Part shown: positions 1 through 9,921 of the stretch, piece by piece
Layout of the letters: every line of letters begins with the position of its first letter
How positions within the stretch are numbered: the first letter of the stretch is position 1
Assembly (NCBI GenBank): GCA_035525215.1
Contig: DATLEY010000158.1
Location: 1,420-65,419, forward strand
Direction of reading: 5' to 3'
DNA length: 64,000 nt
Source: Thermoanaerobaculia bacterium
Lineage (GTDB): Bacteria; Acidobacteriota; Thermoanaerobaculia; Gp7-AA8
Notes under the pieces: generated by a model
Told to the model about the DNA's origin: nothing
The model's input: the letters and a program-made list of their open reading frames with translations, nothing else
Databases searched by the model: none
Program-made: the position numbers and the translations under genes

Positions 1-54
1 CTCATCGATCGAGATCAACCTCTTCTGTTCCATCGATTCCTCGAATGTGATCAT
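1..54 (-). CDS. ftsZ: Cell division protein FtsZ, 5' end only (gene runs off the window start)
   Basis: Minus-strand ATG at 54..52 preceded by GGAGGA (revcomp of 58-66). Translation MITFEESMEQKRLISIDE... Lies immediately downstream of ftsA in canonical dcw order. Open at window edge, so absent from the ORF track. Confidence 0.5.
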   Translation of the reverse strand, partial: MITFEESMEQKRLISIDE

Positions 55-80
55 CTGCCGTCCTCCGGACGCTTTCTTCT

Positions 81-1307
81 TCACGATGCGGCGAACCACT
101 GCCGCACCGAGTCGGCGACGCGCGAGAATCCGGCGCGCTTCGGTTTCTTCATCCGATCCCTGTTGCGGAAGCTCCAGAGCAGCAGTCCCGCGGCCGTGGC
201 CCATTCAGGGCCGTTGACCGTGTCCGCGAGTCCCCCCAGCCCTTTCGGCGTCCCCTTCCGAGCCTGGCAATCGAAGATCTGCTCGCACATCTCGAGCATC
301 CCGTCCATCTCCGCTCCCCCTCCGATGAGGACGATGCCGGAGCGGATCTCCTTTTCCAGGCCGACTTTCTCGAGATCCCGCCAGACCAGCTTCGCGATCT
401 CCGCCGCGCGCGGCTCGAGGATGTTGGTCAGCTCGTGGCGCGAGACGATCTTCGGAGCGCGACCTCCCACCGTCGGCACTTCGATCGGCTGATCGTCGAC
501 GACCAGAGAGGAGAGCGCGCAACCGTGCCGCCGCTTGATCCGCTCCGCATCGTCCATCGGCGTCCGCAGCACGACCGAGATGTCCGAGGTGAAATGTCCC
601 GCGCCGACCGGGAGGACGTTGCTGTGAACGACAGTGCCTTCGAGAAAAGCGGCGTAGTCGGTCGTCCCTGCTCCGAGATCGATGAGCAGCACCCCCATCT
701 CTTTCTCGTCGGACGTCAGGACGGCCTCGGCGGCCGCGAGGGGCTCGGCCACCAGCTCGCTGACGGCGATGCCCGCCTTGTTCACGCAGGTGAGGATGTT
801 CTGATCGTGCGTCCGTGAGCCGGTCACGATGTGGACCTGGGCCTCGAGACGGGATCCGGTCATTCCGAGCGGATCATGAATGCCGTCCTGAGCGTCGACC
901 ACGAACTCGCGCGGGATCACGTGGAGCACTTCCAGCTCGCCGGGAATCGGAATCGAGCGCGACTTCTCGAGGACACGGTCGATGTCCTCCCGCGTGATTT
1001 CCTTGTTCTTGCCGGTGACCGAGATGACGCCGCGCGAGTTGGCCGAACGGATCTGATCGCCGGCAGCGCCGACGCAGGCCGACTCGATCTGGACCCCTGC
1101 CATCACCTCGGCTTCGTCCACGGCCTTTTTCACCGCGTCGATCGCCTGGTCCAGATTGATGATGTTGCCGCGGCGGGTCCCTCGCATCGGGGCGGTTCCC
1201 TTCCCCGTGATCTCCAGCTGCCCCCGGTCGTTGACCTCTCCGACCAGCACGCAGACCTTCGATGTCCCGATGTCGAGCGCTACCGTGTATTTATCTGTCC
1301 TGGCCAT
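81..1307 (-). CDS. ftsA: Cell division protein FtsA (actin-like ATPase)
   Basis: ORF 81..1379. Likely true start MARTDKYTVALDIGTSKVCVLVGEV at ATG 1307 with upstream GGGAGGG. Actin/FtsA fold motifs (DIGT, LIDLGAGTTD). Follows ftsQ. Confidence 0.9.
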   Translation of the reverse strand: MARTDKYTVALDIGTSKVCVLVGEVNDRGQLEITGKGTAPMRGTRRGNIINLDQAIDAVKKAVDEAEVMAGVQIESACVGAAGDQIRSANSRGVISVTGKNKEITREDIDRVLEKSRSIPIPGELEVLHVIPREFVVDAQDGIHDPLGMTGSRLEAQVHIVTGSRTHDQNILTCVNKAGIAVSELVAEPLAAAEAVLTSDEKEMGVLLIDLGAGTTDYAAFLEGTVVHSNVLPVGAGHFTSDISVVLRTPMDDAERIKRRHGCALSSLVVDDQPIEVPTVGGRAPKIVSRHELTNILEPRAAEIAKLVWRDLEKVGLEKEIRSGIVLIGGGAEMDGMLEMCEQIFDCQARKGTPKGLGGLADTVNGPEWATAAGLLLWSFRNRDRMKKPKRAGFSRVADSVRQWFAAS

Positions 1308-1317
1308 CGGCCCTCCC

Positions 1318-2142
1318 TCACTGCAGCACGCTGCTGCGCGCCGCGTCTTCATTCGATTGATGTCTCCGCAGAACGACACGCTCGCGGAATCTGAGATCCG
1401 CGTACTCCAACCCGCCGCGTCCGATCCCTTCCGCCCTGGCGATCTCGTAGAGCGCCGCCCACGACTCCGCAGGCTCGTCTCCCACTCGAATCACCGTTCC
1501 CAACTCTCTGTCCCACACCGAGTAGCCGCCCGGCGGCCGCGCGCTGACCTGCGCAATCCGCGAGTAGAGCTCGGGATGCTCCGTCTGCATCCGCAGCAGA
1601 AACTTCGTCGTCTCGGCGATGTGAGCCGGATCCGTGTCGCTGATCAGCGGCAGATCCGGATTCCCCACCTGGGGGGAAAGCGGCGCGAACACCACGCCAT
1701 GCCGGTCGACGTAGCGGAGGCCTTCCTCGGACACGACCAGCGCCGCGGGCGTTCTCTCGGTGATCTGAATCGTGAGCGTTCCCGGCAGCCGCTTTTCGAC
1801 GGCAACACTCTCCACCCAGGGAAGGGCGCGAACCGCCGCCCGGACCGACTCGAGGTCGAGGCGGAAGAGATTCCGCCCTCGGTAGGTCTCGACGATCCTC
1901 TCGACATCCCCTCGCGGGGCGTGCACGAGGCCGGAGACCTCGATCCCGCGAATTGCGAATCGTGCATTCTCGAGCGTGCTCCGCCACATCCAGAACGCGC
2001 CGAGCATCAGCGCGGCGACCAGAAGGGCGTTCGCCGCGCCGATCAGAAGGCGCCGGGTCTGGAGCTTGCGGTAATTTCGGGGGGACCCAAGCTCGATGGG
2101 GCGGAAGAACCGCTCGGAGGAGGAGTCGTGGCCGACGCTCAT
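1318..2142 (-). CDS. ftsQ: Cell division protein FtsQ (POTRA domain)
   Basis: C-terminal 274 aa of the 413-aa ORF: single TM (LLIGAANALLVAALMLGAFWMW) then POTRA/FtsQ region (IRGIEVSGL...LPWVESVAVEKRLPGTLTIQITER). The N-terminal Arg-rich extension of the ORF is probably untranslated. Start MSVGH at ~2142 abuts the murC stop. Confidence 0.8.
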   Translation of the reverse strand: MSVGHDSSSERFFRPIELGSPRNYRKLQTRRLLIGAANALLVAALMLGAFWMWRSTLENARFAIRGIEVSGLVHAPRGDVERIVETYRGRNLFRLDLESVRAAVRALPWVESVAVEKRLPGTLTIQITERTPAALVVSEEGLRYVDRHGVVFAPLSPQVGNPDLPLISDTDPAHIAETTKFLLRMQTEHPELYSRIAQVSARPPGGYSVWDRELGTVIRVGDEPAESWAALYEIARAEGIGRGGLEYADLRFRERVVLRRHQSNEDAARSSVLQ

Positions 2143-3515
2143 GCGGCCCCTCCCGTGAGCATGTGGCCCACCTTGTAGACATCGCCGGCGCCGAGCGTGA
2201 TGAAGATGTCGTTGTTGCTCAGCTCTTTCTCGATGCTGTTCGCGATGGCCTCGAGGTCTCCCTCGATCGCGTGAACCTGCTTCATTCCACGCGTGGAGGC
2301 GGAACCGGTGATCAACGCCGAAGTGACCCCTTCGATCGGCTCTTCGCGAGCGGGATAGATCGGCGCCACCCAGGCGAGGTCGGCGACGGAGAGAGCCTCG
2401 GCGAAATCGGAGGCGAAATCGCGCGTCCGCGAATAGAGATGCGGCTGGAAGAGCGCGACGATCCTCCGGCCCGGATACCCATGCCGCGCCGCTTCGAGCG
2501 TGGCCCGCACTTCGGTCGGATGATGAGCGTAATCGTCGACCACGGTGGCGCCGTGACATGCGCCCAGAATCTGAAACCGCCGCTCCACTCCGTCGAACTT
2601 CTGAAGGGCGGCTGCCGCCGTGTCGAACGGCACGTCCAGTTCCAGAGCGACGGCGATCGCGGCCAGCGAGTTCCGGACGTTGTGCTCGCCCGGTACGCGC
2701 AGCCGGACCTCTCCGACAGACTCGCCGTCACGCTCGAGCCTGTACCTGGCTCCGCGCCCGTCGAACCGGAGATCGACGGCCCGCAGGTTCGCTTCGGGCG
2801 ACAGGCCGTAGCGGATCTCCCGTTTCTCGACGTGACTGAGCAGGTCGATCACGTTCGAGTCGTCGGAGCAGGCGATGACCGCGCCGTAAAAGGGGACCCG
2901 GCGGACGAACTCCGCGAAGGTGGCCCGGATGTCGTCGAGATCCCGGTAGATGTCGAGATGGTCGGCCTCGATGTTCGTGACCACGGCCAGATGCGGGTAC
3001 AGAGTGAGGAAGGAGCGGTCGTACTCGTCGGCTTCGACCACCAGATACTCACCGCTCCCGAGACGGGCGCTCTTCTCGAGGTTCCGGAGGACTCCACCCA
3101 CGATCAGCGTCGGATCGAGGCCCGCTTCCGCCAGGATCATGGCGATCATCGCCGAGGTCGTGGTCTTCCCATGGGTGCCGGCCACGGCGATGCCGCGCTT
3201 GAGACGTGTCAGCTCGCCGAGCATCTCCGCGCGCCGGATCACGGGAACGCGAACGGCTCGGGCCCGCTCGACCTCGGGGTTATCGCGCCGGATGGCAGAG
3301 GAGATGACCAGAAGATCGGCGCGATCCGCGTGAGACGGATCATGGCCGATGACGACCTCGATCCCGCCGCGGCCGAGGCGCTCGGTCGTCGCGGAGCGAG
3401 CCGCGTCGCATCCGGAGATCGTCAGATCGTAGTTCGTCAGGATCTCGGCGATACCGCTCATGCCGATCCCTCCGATCCCGACGAAATGGATGTTCTTAAT
3501 ATGGCCGAAATTCAT
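2139..3515 (-). CDS. murC: UDP-N-acetylmuramate--L-alanine ligase MurC
   Basis: 458 aa. N-term MNFGHIKNIHFVGIGGIGMSGIAE, Mur ligase P-loop GTHGKTTTSAMIA, full-length similarity to MurC. Position in dcw cluster. Confidence 0.92.
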   Translation of the reverse strand: MNFGHIKNIHFVGIGGIGMSGIAEILTNYDLTISGCDAARSATTERLGRGGIEVVIGHDPSHADRADLLVISSAIRRDNPEVERARAVRVPVIRRAEMLGELTRLKRGIAVAGTHGKTTTSAMIAMILAEAGLDPTLIVGGVLRNLEKSARLGSGEYLVVEADEYDRSFLTLYPHLAVVTNIEADHLDIYRDLDDIRATFAEFVRRVPFYGAVIACSDDSNVIDLLSHVEKREIRYGLSPEANLRAVDLRFDGRGARYRLERDGESVGEVRLRVPGEHNVRNSLAAIAVALELDVPFDTAAAALQKFDGVERRFQILGACHGATVVDDYAHHPTEVRATLEAARHGYPGRRIVALFQPHLYSRTRDFASDFAEALSVADLAWVAPIYPAREEPIEGVTSALITGSASTRGMKQVHAIEGDLEAIANSIEKELSNNDIFITLGAGDVYKVGHMLTGGAA

Positions 3516-3542
3516 GATCCTTATGGAATTGTCGATTTATTC

Positions 3543-3571
3543 ATTGTAAAAGTGCTGGCGACCATAGGCAA
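3543..3571 (-). promoter_or_regulatory. Candidate sigma70-type internal promoter for murC (TTGCCT-17-TACAAT) in AT-rich murG-murC spacer
   Basis: Minus strand: -35 TTGCCT (revcomp of 3566-3571), 17-nt spacer, -10 TACAAT (revcomp of 3543-3548). AAGGA SD before the murC ATG. Local GC far below the genome average. Confidence 0.4.
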
Positions 3572-4657
3572 TTAATTTCTCTTAATTTCTTCAAGTAATT
3601 CGACGATTCTTGAAGTGGCATCCGGAAGCGCCGCGGTCCGCGACGCGCGTCCCATCGCTTCGACCCGCGAAGGATCTCCCGCGAGCGCGGAGATCTCGGC
3701 GGCAAGCTTCTCGGCAGTGAGTTGCGCTTCGGTGATCACCACCGCGCCTCCCGCCGACTCCAGGGCGCGCGCGTTGAACTCCTGATGGTTGTTCGTCGCC
3801 GCCGCGAACGGCACCAGGATGGCTCCCCTCCCCACCGCGGCCAGCTCTCCGACGGTCATCGCGCCCGCCCGGCTGACGATCAGATCCGCCGACGCCATCT
3901 CGGTGGCCATCGAATCGAGATACGCAAACACCCGAGCCTCCGGGAAGGGTGAAGTCCGATACGCCGCGCGCACCGAGTCGAGCATCGCCGCGCCGGTCTG
4001 ATGTGTGATCTCGAGGGTCCCTTTCAGCCGCGAGAGGAAGAGCAACGCGCCCGTCATCGTGTCGTTCAGGATCTTCGATCCCTGGCTCCCCCCGAAGAGA
4101 AGGAGCCGGACCCGCGTTGACGCCATCCGAGGTTGCTCTGCCGCTTCGAAGAAGTCCCGTCGCACGGGATTCCCGGTCACGACTCCCTTCGCGCCGAACT
4201 GCTCGAGCGCTTTGGGAAATCCGACGGCGATCGTCCACACGAACCTTCCGAGGATGCGATTGGTCAGGCCGGGGAACGCGTTCGCCTCATGGATCGCGGT
4301 CGGAATGCCGCGCAACGCGGCGACGAGAAGAACGGGACCCGAGGCGTATCCACCCACGCCGAGAACAGCAGCCGGGTGGTGAAGGGAGAGAAGTCTCCAG
4401 GCGTCGGCGATTCCGAGAGGAAGGCGCAGGACGTTCTTCAGCGTCTGTCCGAGCGACTTTCCCTTGAGCCCACCGACGCGAACGAACTCCAGAGGGAACC
4501 CGGCGGCCGGCACGAGCTTCTTCTCCAGACCGTACTCGGTGCCGACGAAGAGCACCTGGCGGCGCGGATTCCGCTCCAGCCATTCCTGAGCGACCGCGAT
4601 CGCGGGATAGATGTGTCCCCCGGTTCCGCCGCCCGCGATCATGAGCAGTTCAGACAC
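3572..4657 (-). CDS. murG: Undecaprenyl-PP-MurNAc-pentapeptide-UDPGlcNAc GlcNAc transferase MurG
   Basis: 361 aa, MIAGGGTGGHIYPAIAVAQEW... GT28 family signature (GGTGGH) and C-terminal domain. dcw position. Confidence 0.92.
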   Translation of the reverse strand: MSELLMIAGGGTGGHIYPAIAVAQEWLERNPRRQVLFVGTEYGLEKKLVPAAGFPLEFVRVGGLKGKSLGQTLKNVLRLPLGIADAWRLLSLHHPAAVLGVGGYASGPVLLVAALRGIPTAIHEANAFPGLTNRILGRFVWTIAVGFPKALEQFGAKGVVTGNPVRRDFFEAAEQPRMASTRVRLLLFGGSQGSKILNDTMTGALLFLSRLKGTLEITHQTGAAMLDSVRAAYRTSPFPEARVFAYLDSMATEMASADLIVSRAGAMTVGELAAVGRGAILVPFAAATNNHQEFNARALESAGGAVVITEAQLTAEKLAAEISALAGDPSRVEAMGRASRTAALPDATSRIVELLEEIKRN

Positions 4658-4732
4658 GCGCGCCTCGCCTGCATCGCGCTGACGCCGCTCTTCGATTCCC
4701 GATTCGATTCGTGAGGATCACCCGGTTCTCCA

Positions 4733-5830
4733 TTAGTCGGACCGTTGCGAGAGATTGAGAAGAAGACCTACGGCCAGCAGGCTCGCCAGCAGGGACGAGC
4801 CTCCATAGCTGATGAGCGGCAGGGGAAGCCCCTTGGTCGGAAGAAGCGAGACCGTGACGCTCACGTTGACCAGAACCTGAAAGGCGAAAAGTAGAGCCAG
4901 CCCGAGGGCCGCGTAGAAAACGAAACGATCCTCGGCACGCCAGGCGATCCGCAGCCCCCGCCAGACCAGCAGCGCAAACAGACTCAGAATCGCGACGGCG
5001 CCGAGAAATCCGAGCTCCTCTCCGATGATCGAGAAGATGAAGTCGGTGTGCGGTTCCGGGAGAAAGAAAAGCTTCTGTCTGCCGTTTCCCACGCCGAGCC
5101 CGCCGACGCCTCCGGTTCCGATGGCGATCAATGACTGCATCGCCTGAAAGCCCTTCCCCAGCGGGTCCGCTTCCGGATTGAGAAACGTCAGCAGCCGCTC
5201 GCGGCGGTAATCGGCCGAGACCATCACCACGGTGATCACCGGAAGCACGACCGCGGCGGTGACGAAGATCCGCTGCCAGGAGAGCCCGGCCACGAAGATC
5301 ATCGCCCCCGCGACAGCCAGGATGATCGCGGCCGTTCCGAAGTCGGGCTGAAGGAGGATCAGACCCGCCACCATGGTCAGAATTCCGAGGAGCGGGAGGA
5401 GTCCCGCGGTCAGATCATTGATCCGTTCCTCCTTCGCCGCGAGGTAGGAGGCGAGGAAGATGACCAGCATCGGTTTGGCGAACTCCGAGGGCTGCAGATG
5501 GATGGTTCCGAGAGTGAACCAGCGATGCGTTCCATTGATCGGAGACTGGAACAACACGAGAATCAGGCCCGCGGAAAGGAGGATCAGCAGGCCGTAGGCC
5601 ACTCTCCAGTCCTTCAACAGGTCGACCCGCACGTGCATCGCGCCGAACATCAGCGCGGCGCCGGCGATGAGGAAGATCCCCTGACGCGCGATGAAGTAGT
5701 AAGGATTGTCCGTTCCGCTTTTCTGCGTGGCGATGATCGCCGAGGCGCTGTAGATCATCACCAGTCCGACCACGACGATGAGGATCGCGGAACCGAACAG
5801 CGTCTTGTCGTAGCTCATCCTCCGGCTCAT
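4733..5830 (-). CDS. ftsW: Lipid II flippase / peptidoglycan glycosyltransferase FtsW (SEDS family)
   Basis: Multi-TM SEDS protein (…MIYSAS…, …ISYGGSSLLASLLAVGLLLNLSQR). Likely start MSRRMSYDKT at ~5830. 4-bp overlap with the murD stop. Confidence 0.88.
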   Translation of the reverse strand: MSRRMSYDKTLFGSAILIVVVGLVMIYSASAIIATQKSGTDNPYYFIARQGIFLIAGAALMFGAMHVRVDLLKDWRVAYGLLILLSAGLILVLFQSPINGTHRWFTLGTIHLQPSEFAKPMLVIFLASYLAAKEERINDLTAGLLPLLGILTMVAGLILLQPDFGTAAIILAVAGAMIFVAGLSWQRIFVTAAVVLPVITVVMVSADYRRERLLTFLNPEADPLGKGFQAMQSLIAIGTGGVGGLGVGNGRQKLFFLPEPHTDFIFSIIGEELGFLGAVAILSLFALLVWRGLRIAWRAEDRFVFYAALGLALLFAFQVLVNVSVTVSLLPTKGLPLPLISYGGSSLLASLLAVGLLLNLSQRSD

Positions 5831-7158
5831 GCCACCTCCTCGGATCCGCGAACCAGCTCTTCGAAGTGGCGTCCCCGGTGCTCGAAGTTGTCGTACTGGT
5901 CGAAGCTCGCGCACGCCGGTGAGAGGAGGACCGTGTCGCCGGGACGGGCGTTCCGCCGCGCCCACTGCACCGCCTTTTCCATGGTTCCGGCGTCGATGAT
6001 CTCGGCAGGCACGCCGGAAAGAGCGCCGGCGATCCGCTCGGCGGACGAGCCGATGGTCAGAACCGCTCGCGCCTTGCGGGAGACGAGATCGCGAAGCTTC
6101 TCGAACTCCCCTTTCTTGTCCTTCCCGCCCACAATCAGAATCGTCGAGCCGTCACTCATTCCCTCGAGCGACTTGAGGGACGCGTCGACGTTGGTCCCCT
6201 TCGAATCGTTGATCCAGCTGACGCCGTTCCGCTCGAGGACCAGAACCATTCGGTGAGGAAGGCCGGCGAAGCTCTCGAAAGCGGCGGAGACGTGGTCGAT
6301 GCCGACGCCGAGCGCATGTGTCGCCAGCCATGCAGCCAGCGCGTTCTCGACATTCGCCATCCCGGCGAGCCGGAGATTCGCGCGCGGGATCGTTCGCTCG
6401 ACGCCGCCCTCCCGGAGGACCAGGTTCGACTTCTCGATAAAAGCTCCTTCTTCCAACCGCCGCGTCGAGGAGAAACGGAGGACGCGCGCGTCGGTCACCG
6501 AGGCGGAGACGCGCGCGTCGTCGGCATTGAGAATCGCAAGATCGGCCGGCGTCTGGTTGCGGAAGATCCGCTGCTTGGCCGCGGCGTACTCGTCGATCGA
6601 GTCATAGCGGTCGAGATGGTCCGGGGTGATGTTCAGAAGGAGCGCCACATCGGGACGGAACGAATCGATCGTCTCGAGCTGAAAGGAGGAGAGCTCGACG
6701 ACGTAGACGCGCGGGCCGGGAGCCACGCTGGCGATCAAGGGCTCGCCGATGTTTCCGGCGACGATCGGCTCCCTGCCGGCCTGCTGCAGAATGGCACCGA
6801 TGAGGGCGGTGGTGGTCGACTTTCCATTCGATCCGGTGATCGCGATGACCGGTCCTTCCAGATGACGGAAGGCGAGCTCGATCTCCGAGAGGATCGGGAT
6901 TCCCCGTTCCGCCGCTTCCTTCAGGATCGGAATGGACGACGGGATGCCGGGGCTGAGGATGATCATCGAAGCATCCTCGAGGAGAGAGCCGGGGTGTCCG
7001 CCAAGGTGGGTCTGCACGCGGGGATCGAGCCTGCCTTCCAGAGCGAGCTCGCTCGCCGGTCTCGAATCGGTGAGGACGACGCTCTCGCCCCGGGCCGCGA
7101 GAAAATTCGCCGCGGCCACGCCCGATTTCGCCCCCCCGAATACCGCGACCCTTTTCAT
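5827..7158 (-). CDS. murD: UDP-N-acetylmuramoylalanine--D-glutamate ligase MurD
   Basis: Start MKRVAVFGGAKSGVAAANFLAARG (Rossmann N-domain, as E. coli MurD KNVVIIGLGLTG). Mur ligase P-loop GSNGKSTTTALIG. ORF track extends to 7221 via an upstream TTG; ATG 7158 preferred. Confidence 0.9.
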   Translation of the reverse strand: MKRVAVFGGAKSGVAAANFLAARGESVVLTDSRPASELALEGRLDPRVQTHLGGHPGSLLEDASMIILSPGIPSSIPILKEAAERGIPILSEIELAFRHLEGPVIAITGSNGKSTTTALIGAILQQAGREPIVAGNIGEPLIASVAPGPRVYVVELSSFQLETIDSFRPDVALLLNITPDHLDRYDSIDEYAAAKQRIFRNQTPADLAILNADDARVSASVTDARVLRFSSTRRLEEGAFIEKSNLVLREGGVERTIPRANLRLAGMANVENALAAWLATHALGVGIDHVSAAFESFAGLPHRMVLVLERNGVSWINDSKGTNVDASLKSLEGMSDGSTILIVGGKDKKGEFEKLRDLVSRKARAVLTIGSSAERIAGALSGVPAEIIDAGTMEKAVQWARRNARPGDTVLLSPACASFDQYDNFEHRGRHFEELVRGSEEVA

Positions 7159-7225
7159 GATGAAGTGTTGACCCGCCCTCCCGATTCCGCGCCGCGACAT
7201 TCGTCGCGACGCGTCCTTCAACGAT

Positions 7226-8314
7226 TTATCTGAGCTTCAGCGTCGACAGCGCGATCAGCGCGAACATGATCGCCACGATCCAGAATCGGACGACGACCTT
7301 GGTTTCCTTCCACCCCGAAAGCTCGAAATGGTGGTGGAGCGGCGACATCTTGAAAACACGGCGGCCGGTCAGCTTGAACGAGGCCACCTGAATCATCACC
7401 GACAACATCTCGACGACGAACAGGCCGCCGACGAGCACGAGGAGAATCTCCTGCTTGATCATCACGGCGAGGCAGCCGATGGCTCCGCCCAGAGCGAGTG
7501 AGCCGACGTCTCCCATGAAAATCTCCGCCGGATGCGCGTTGAACCAGAGAAAGCCGAGCGAGGCTCCCACCATCGCTCCGCAGAAGACGGCCAGTTCGCC
7601 CGTCCCCGGCATCCACGCGATGTTCAGATAATCGGCCACGCGCGCGTTGCCGGCCGCGTAGGTGAGGATGGTGTAGGTCACCGCGGCGATGGTCGTCGCG
7701 CCGATGGCCAGCCCGTCCAGCCCGTCCGTCACGTTGACCGCGTTCGAGGCCCCGACGATCACGATCATGATGAACGGGATGTAGAGGAAGCCGAGATCGA
7801 GGACCAGCTCCTTGATGAAGGGAAAGGTCAGCGTGGTGGAGTATTGGTTGTGGATCTGCGGGAGATAGGCGATGGCCACGCCCGCGATCGCCGCGACGAA
7901 GGTCTGCAGCGAGAACTTCTGTTTCGCGGTCAGTCCGAGGTTCTGCTTCTTGACCAGCTTCTGGAAGTCGTCGATGAATCCGATCGCCGCGTAGGCGAAC
8001 GTCACGAAGAGAATAATCCAGATGTACGGGTTGAGGATGTCCGCCCAGAGCACCGTGGGGATGAGGATCGCCATGATGATGAGGATCCCCCCCATGGTCG
8101 GCGTGCCCGCCTTCATGTGATGGGACTGCGGACCTTCCTCACGGATGTACTGACCGAGCTTGATATGGGTCATGCGACGGATCAGCCAGGGTCCGAGGAT
8201 GAATGAGATGAGCAGAGCGGTGAGCGCGGCGTATGCGGTCCGGAAGGTGATGTACCGGAACACGTTGAAGGCGGAGAACACGTCCCGCAGCGGAAAGAGG
8301 AGGTAGTAGAGCAC
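7226..8314 (-). CDS. mraY: Phospho-N-acetylmuramoyl-pentapeptide transferase MraY
   Basis: 362 aa polytopic membrane protein with conserved MraY motifs ([18 protein letters not shown]). dcw position. Confidence 0.93.
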   Translation of the reverse strand: MLYYLLFPLRDVFSAFNVFRYITFRTAYAALTALLISFILGPWLIRRMTHIKLGQYIREEGPQSHHMKAGTPTMGGILIIMAILIPTVLWADILNPYIWIILFVTFAYAAIGFIDDFQKLVKKQNLGLTAKQKFSLQTFVAAIAGVAIAYLPQIHNQYSTTLTFPFIKELVLDLGFLYIPFIMIVIVGASNAVNVTDGLDGLAIGATTIAAVTYTILTYAAGNARVADYLNIAWMPGTGELAVFCGAMVGASLGFLWFNAHPAEIFMGDVGSLALGGAIGCLAVMIKQEILLVLVGGLFVVEMLSVMIQVASFKLTGRRVFKMSPLHHHFELSGWKETKVVVRFWIVAIMFALIALSTLKLR

Positions 8315-9700
8315 TCAGCGCTTCCTTTCAGCCGCTCCGGCGAGCCCGGTCACGATCCTGTCGAGGCCGATGCCTCGCGATGCCTTCAGGAGCACCAGGT
8401 CGCCCGGCCGGATCTCGTTCCGGAGAAATGTCTCCGCGGTCCCCGCGTCGTCGAAATGATGAGTGGCCGCCGGATCGAAGCCGCCGTCGACGGCGCCTTC
8501 GAGGAGAGTCTTCGATCGCTTGCCGACCGCGACGAGCAGATCGATGGAGCGGGGAATCGAGCGTCCGGCCTCGCGGTGAAACTCCAGTTCGTCACTTCCC
8601 AGCTCGAGCATGTCGCCGACCACCGCGATGCGCCGTCCCTCCGCTTCCGCTTTCTCCAGCAGTTCCATTGCTCTGCCGAGCGCGAATGGATTCGAGTTGT
8701 ACGTGTCGTCATAGAGGCTTGCGCCGTTCCAGTCGACCAGCACGCCTCGATGATAAGCCGGCTCGATCGCCGCCGCCCCCTCCTCGATCCCATCCCAGCT
8801 CACGCCGGCCAGCCGCGCCGTCGCGGCCGCCGCCAGGAAGTTCTCGAGATTGTGCCGCCCCGGCAGTGGAAGACGGATCCACCGCTCTCCGTCTGCGGAA
8901 ACGAGACGGAAGGTCGATCCCCGCAGCCCATGCTCTTCGACATCGGTGGCGCGGATGTCCGCGCCGTCGGAGAATCCGTAGGTGATCCTCTCCCCCCGGA
9001 AATCGGCGGCGATCCGCATCACGTGCGGATCGTCGGCGTTGAGAACCACCCGTCCGCCCGGCGCCAGATTCTCGAGAAGCTCGCGCTTGGCCGCCGCGAT
9101 CTTCTCGATCGTGCCGAAAAACTCGAGGTGCACCGGCTGGATCGTCGTGTAGACCCCGATGTCGGGCCTTCCATAGGAGGCCATCTGAGCGATCTCGCCG
9201 GCGTGATTCATCCCCATCTCCGAGACCACGACTTCGGCCTCGTCCGGCGTGTTGCCGAGGCAAAGGGGGAATCCGATCTGATTGTTGAAGTTTCCCCATG
9301 ACTTGAACGCGCGACGCTCCGTGGCGATCAGGGTGTGGATCATTTCCTTCGTCGTGGTCTTGCCCGCGGACCCGGTGACGCCGATGAGGAGGAAGGGAAA
9401 CTCGATGCGGATCGCGCGCGCCAGCGTCTGGAGAGCGACGGTCGTGTCCTCGACCTGCACGATCCCGCGGTCCGGCGGCAGAAGCTGCGGCAACTGCGAG
9501 ACGACCACGCCAGGGACCACCGGAAACACCTGATCGAGAAAGGAGTGCCCGTCGAGCCGCTCTCCGATGATCGCGAAGAAAACCGAACGGTCGTCGACCT
9601 CACGGCTGTCGATCACGACACGGTCGAAGGAGCGCTCGCCTCCCTGGATGAGCCGCCCCTCGATCATGGAAGCGAGGCGGGAAAAGGTCAGCGAAGGCAT
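8315..9700 (-). CDS. murF: UDP-MurNAc-tripeptide--D-alanyl-D-alanine ligase MurF
   Basis: 461 aa, Mur ligase family (GVTGSAGKTTTKEMI). Abuts the mraY start. dcw position. Confidence 0.9.
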   Translation of the reverse strand: MPSLTFSRLASMIEGRLIQGGERSFDRVVIDSREVDDRSVFFAIIGERLDGHSFLDQVFPVVPGVVVSQLPQLLPPDRGIVQVEDTTVALQTLARAIRIEFPFLLIGVTGSAGKTTTKEMIHTLIATERRAFKSWGNFNNQIGFPLCLGNTPDEAEVVVSEMGMNHAGEIAQMASYGRPDIGVYTTIQPVHLEFFGTIEKIAAAKRELLENLAPGGRVVLNADDPHVMRIAADFRGERITYGFSDGADIRATDVEEHGLRGSTFRLVSADGERWIRLPLPGRHNLENFLAAAATARLAGVSWDGIEEGAAAIEPAYHRGVLVDWNGASLYDDTYNSNPFALGRAMELLEKAEAEGRRIAVVGDMLELGSDELEFHREAGRSIPRSIDLLVAVGKRSKTLLEGAVDGGFDPAATHHFDDAGTAETFLRNEIRPGDLVLLKASRGIGLDRIVTGLAGAAERKR

Positions 9701-9889
9701 CCGGCTCCCCTTTCCCCGACCGGGAGCGGTGTGCTCTTCCGACTCCGCCGGACGTCACGGCCGATCGCCCCTTCCCCCATCAACTGCCTGGCGATCACCG
9801 TCCATCCACGCGCCCGTCCAAACGCCGACGGAGCCGGAAAAGCCCACCGATTCGATCTATTGATAGAGTAATGCATTCTTGTTGTGGAA

Positions 9890-9918
9890 TCCATACAAAA
9901 TTTACTTTTTATTATCAA
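9890..9918 (-). promoter_or_regulatory. Candidate promoter-like element (TTGATA-17-TATGGA) in AT-rich island between murE and murF
   Basis: 9855-9945 is ~25-30% GC within a ~68% GC cluster. Minus strand carries TTGATA, 17 nt, TATGGA, 190 nt upstream of the murF ATG. Confidence 0.3.
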
Positions 9919-9921
9919 ACT

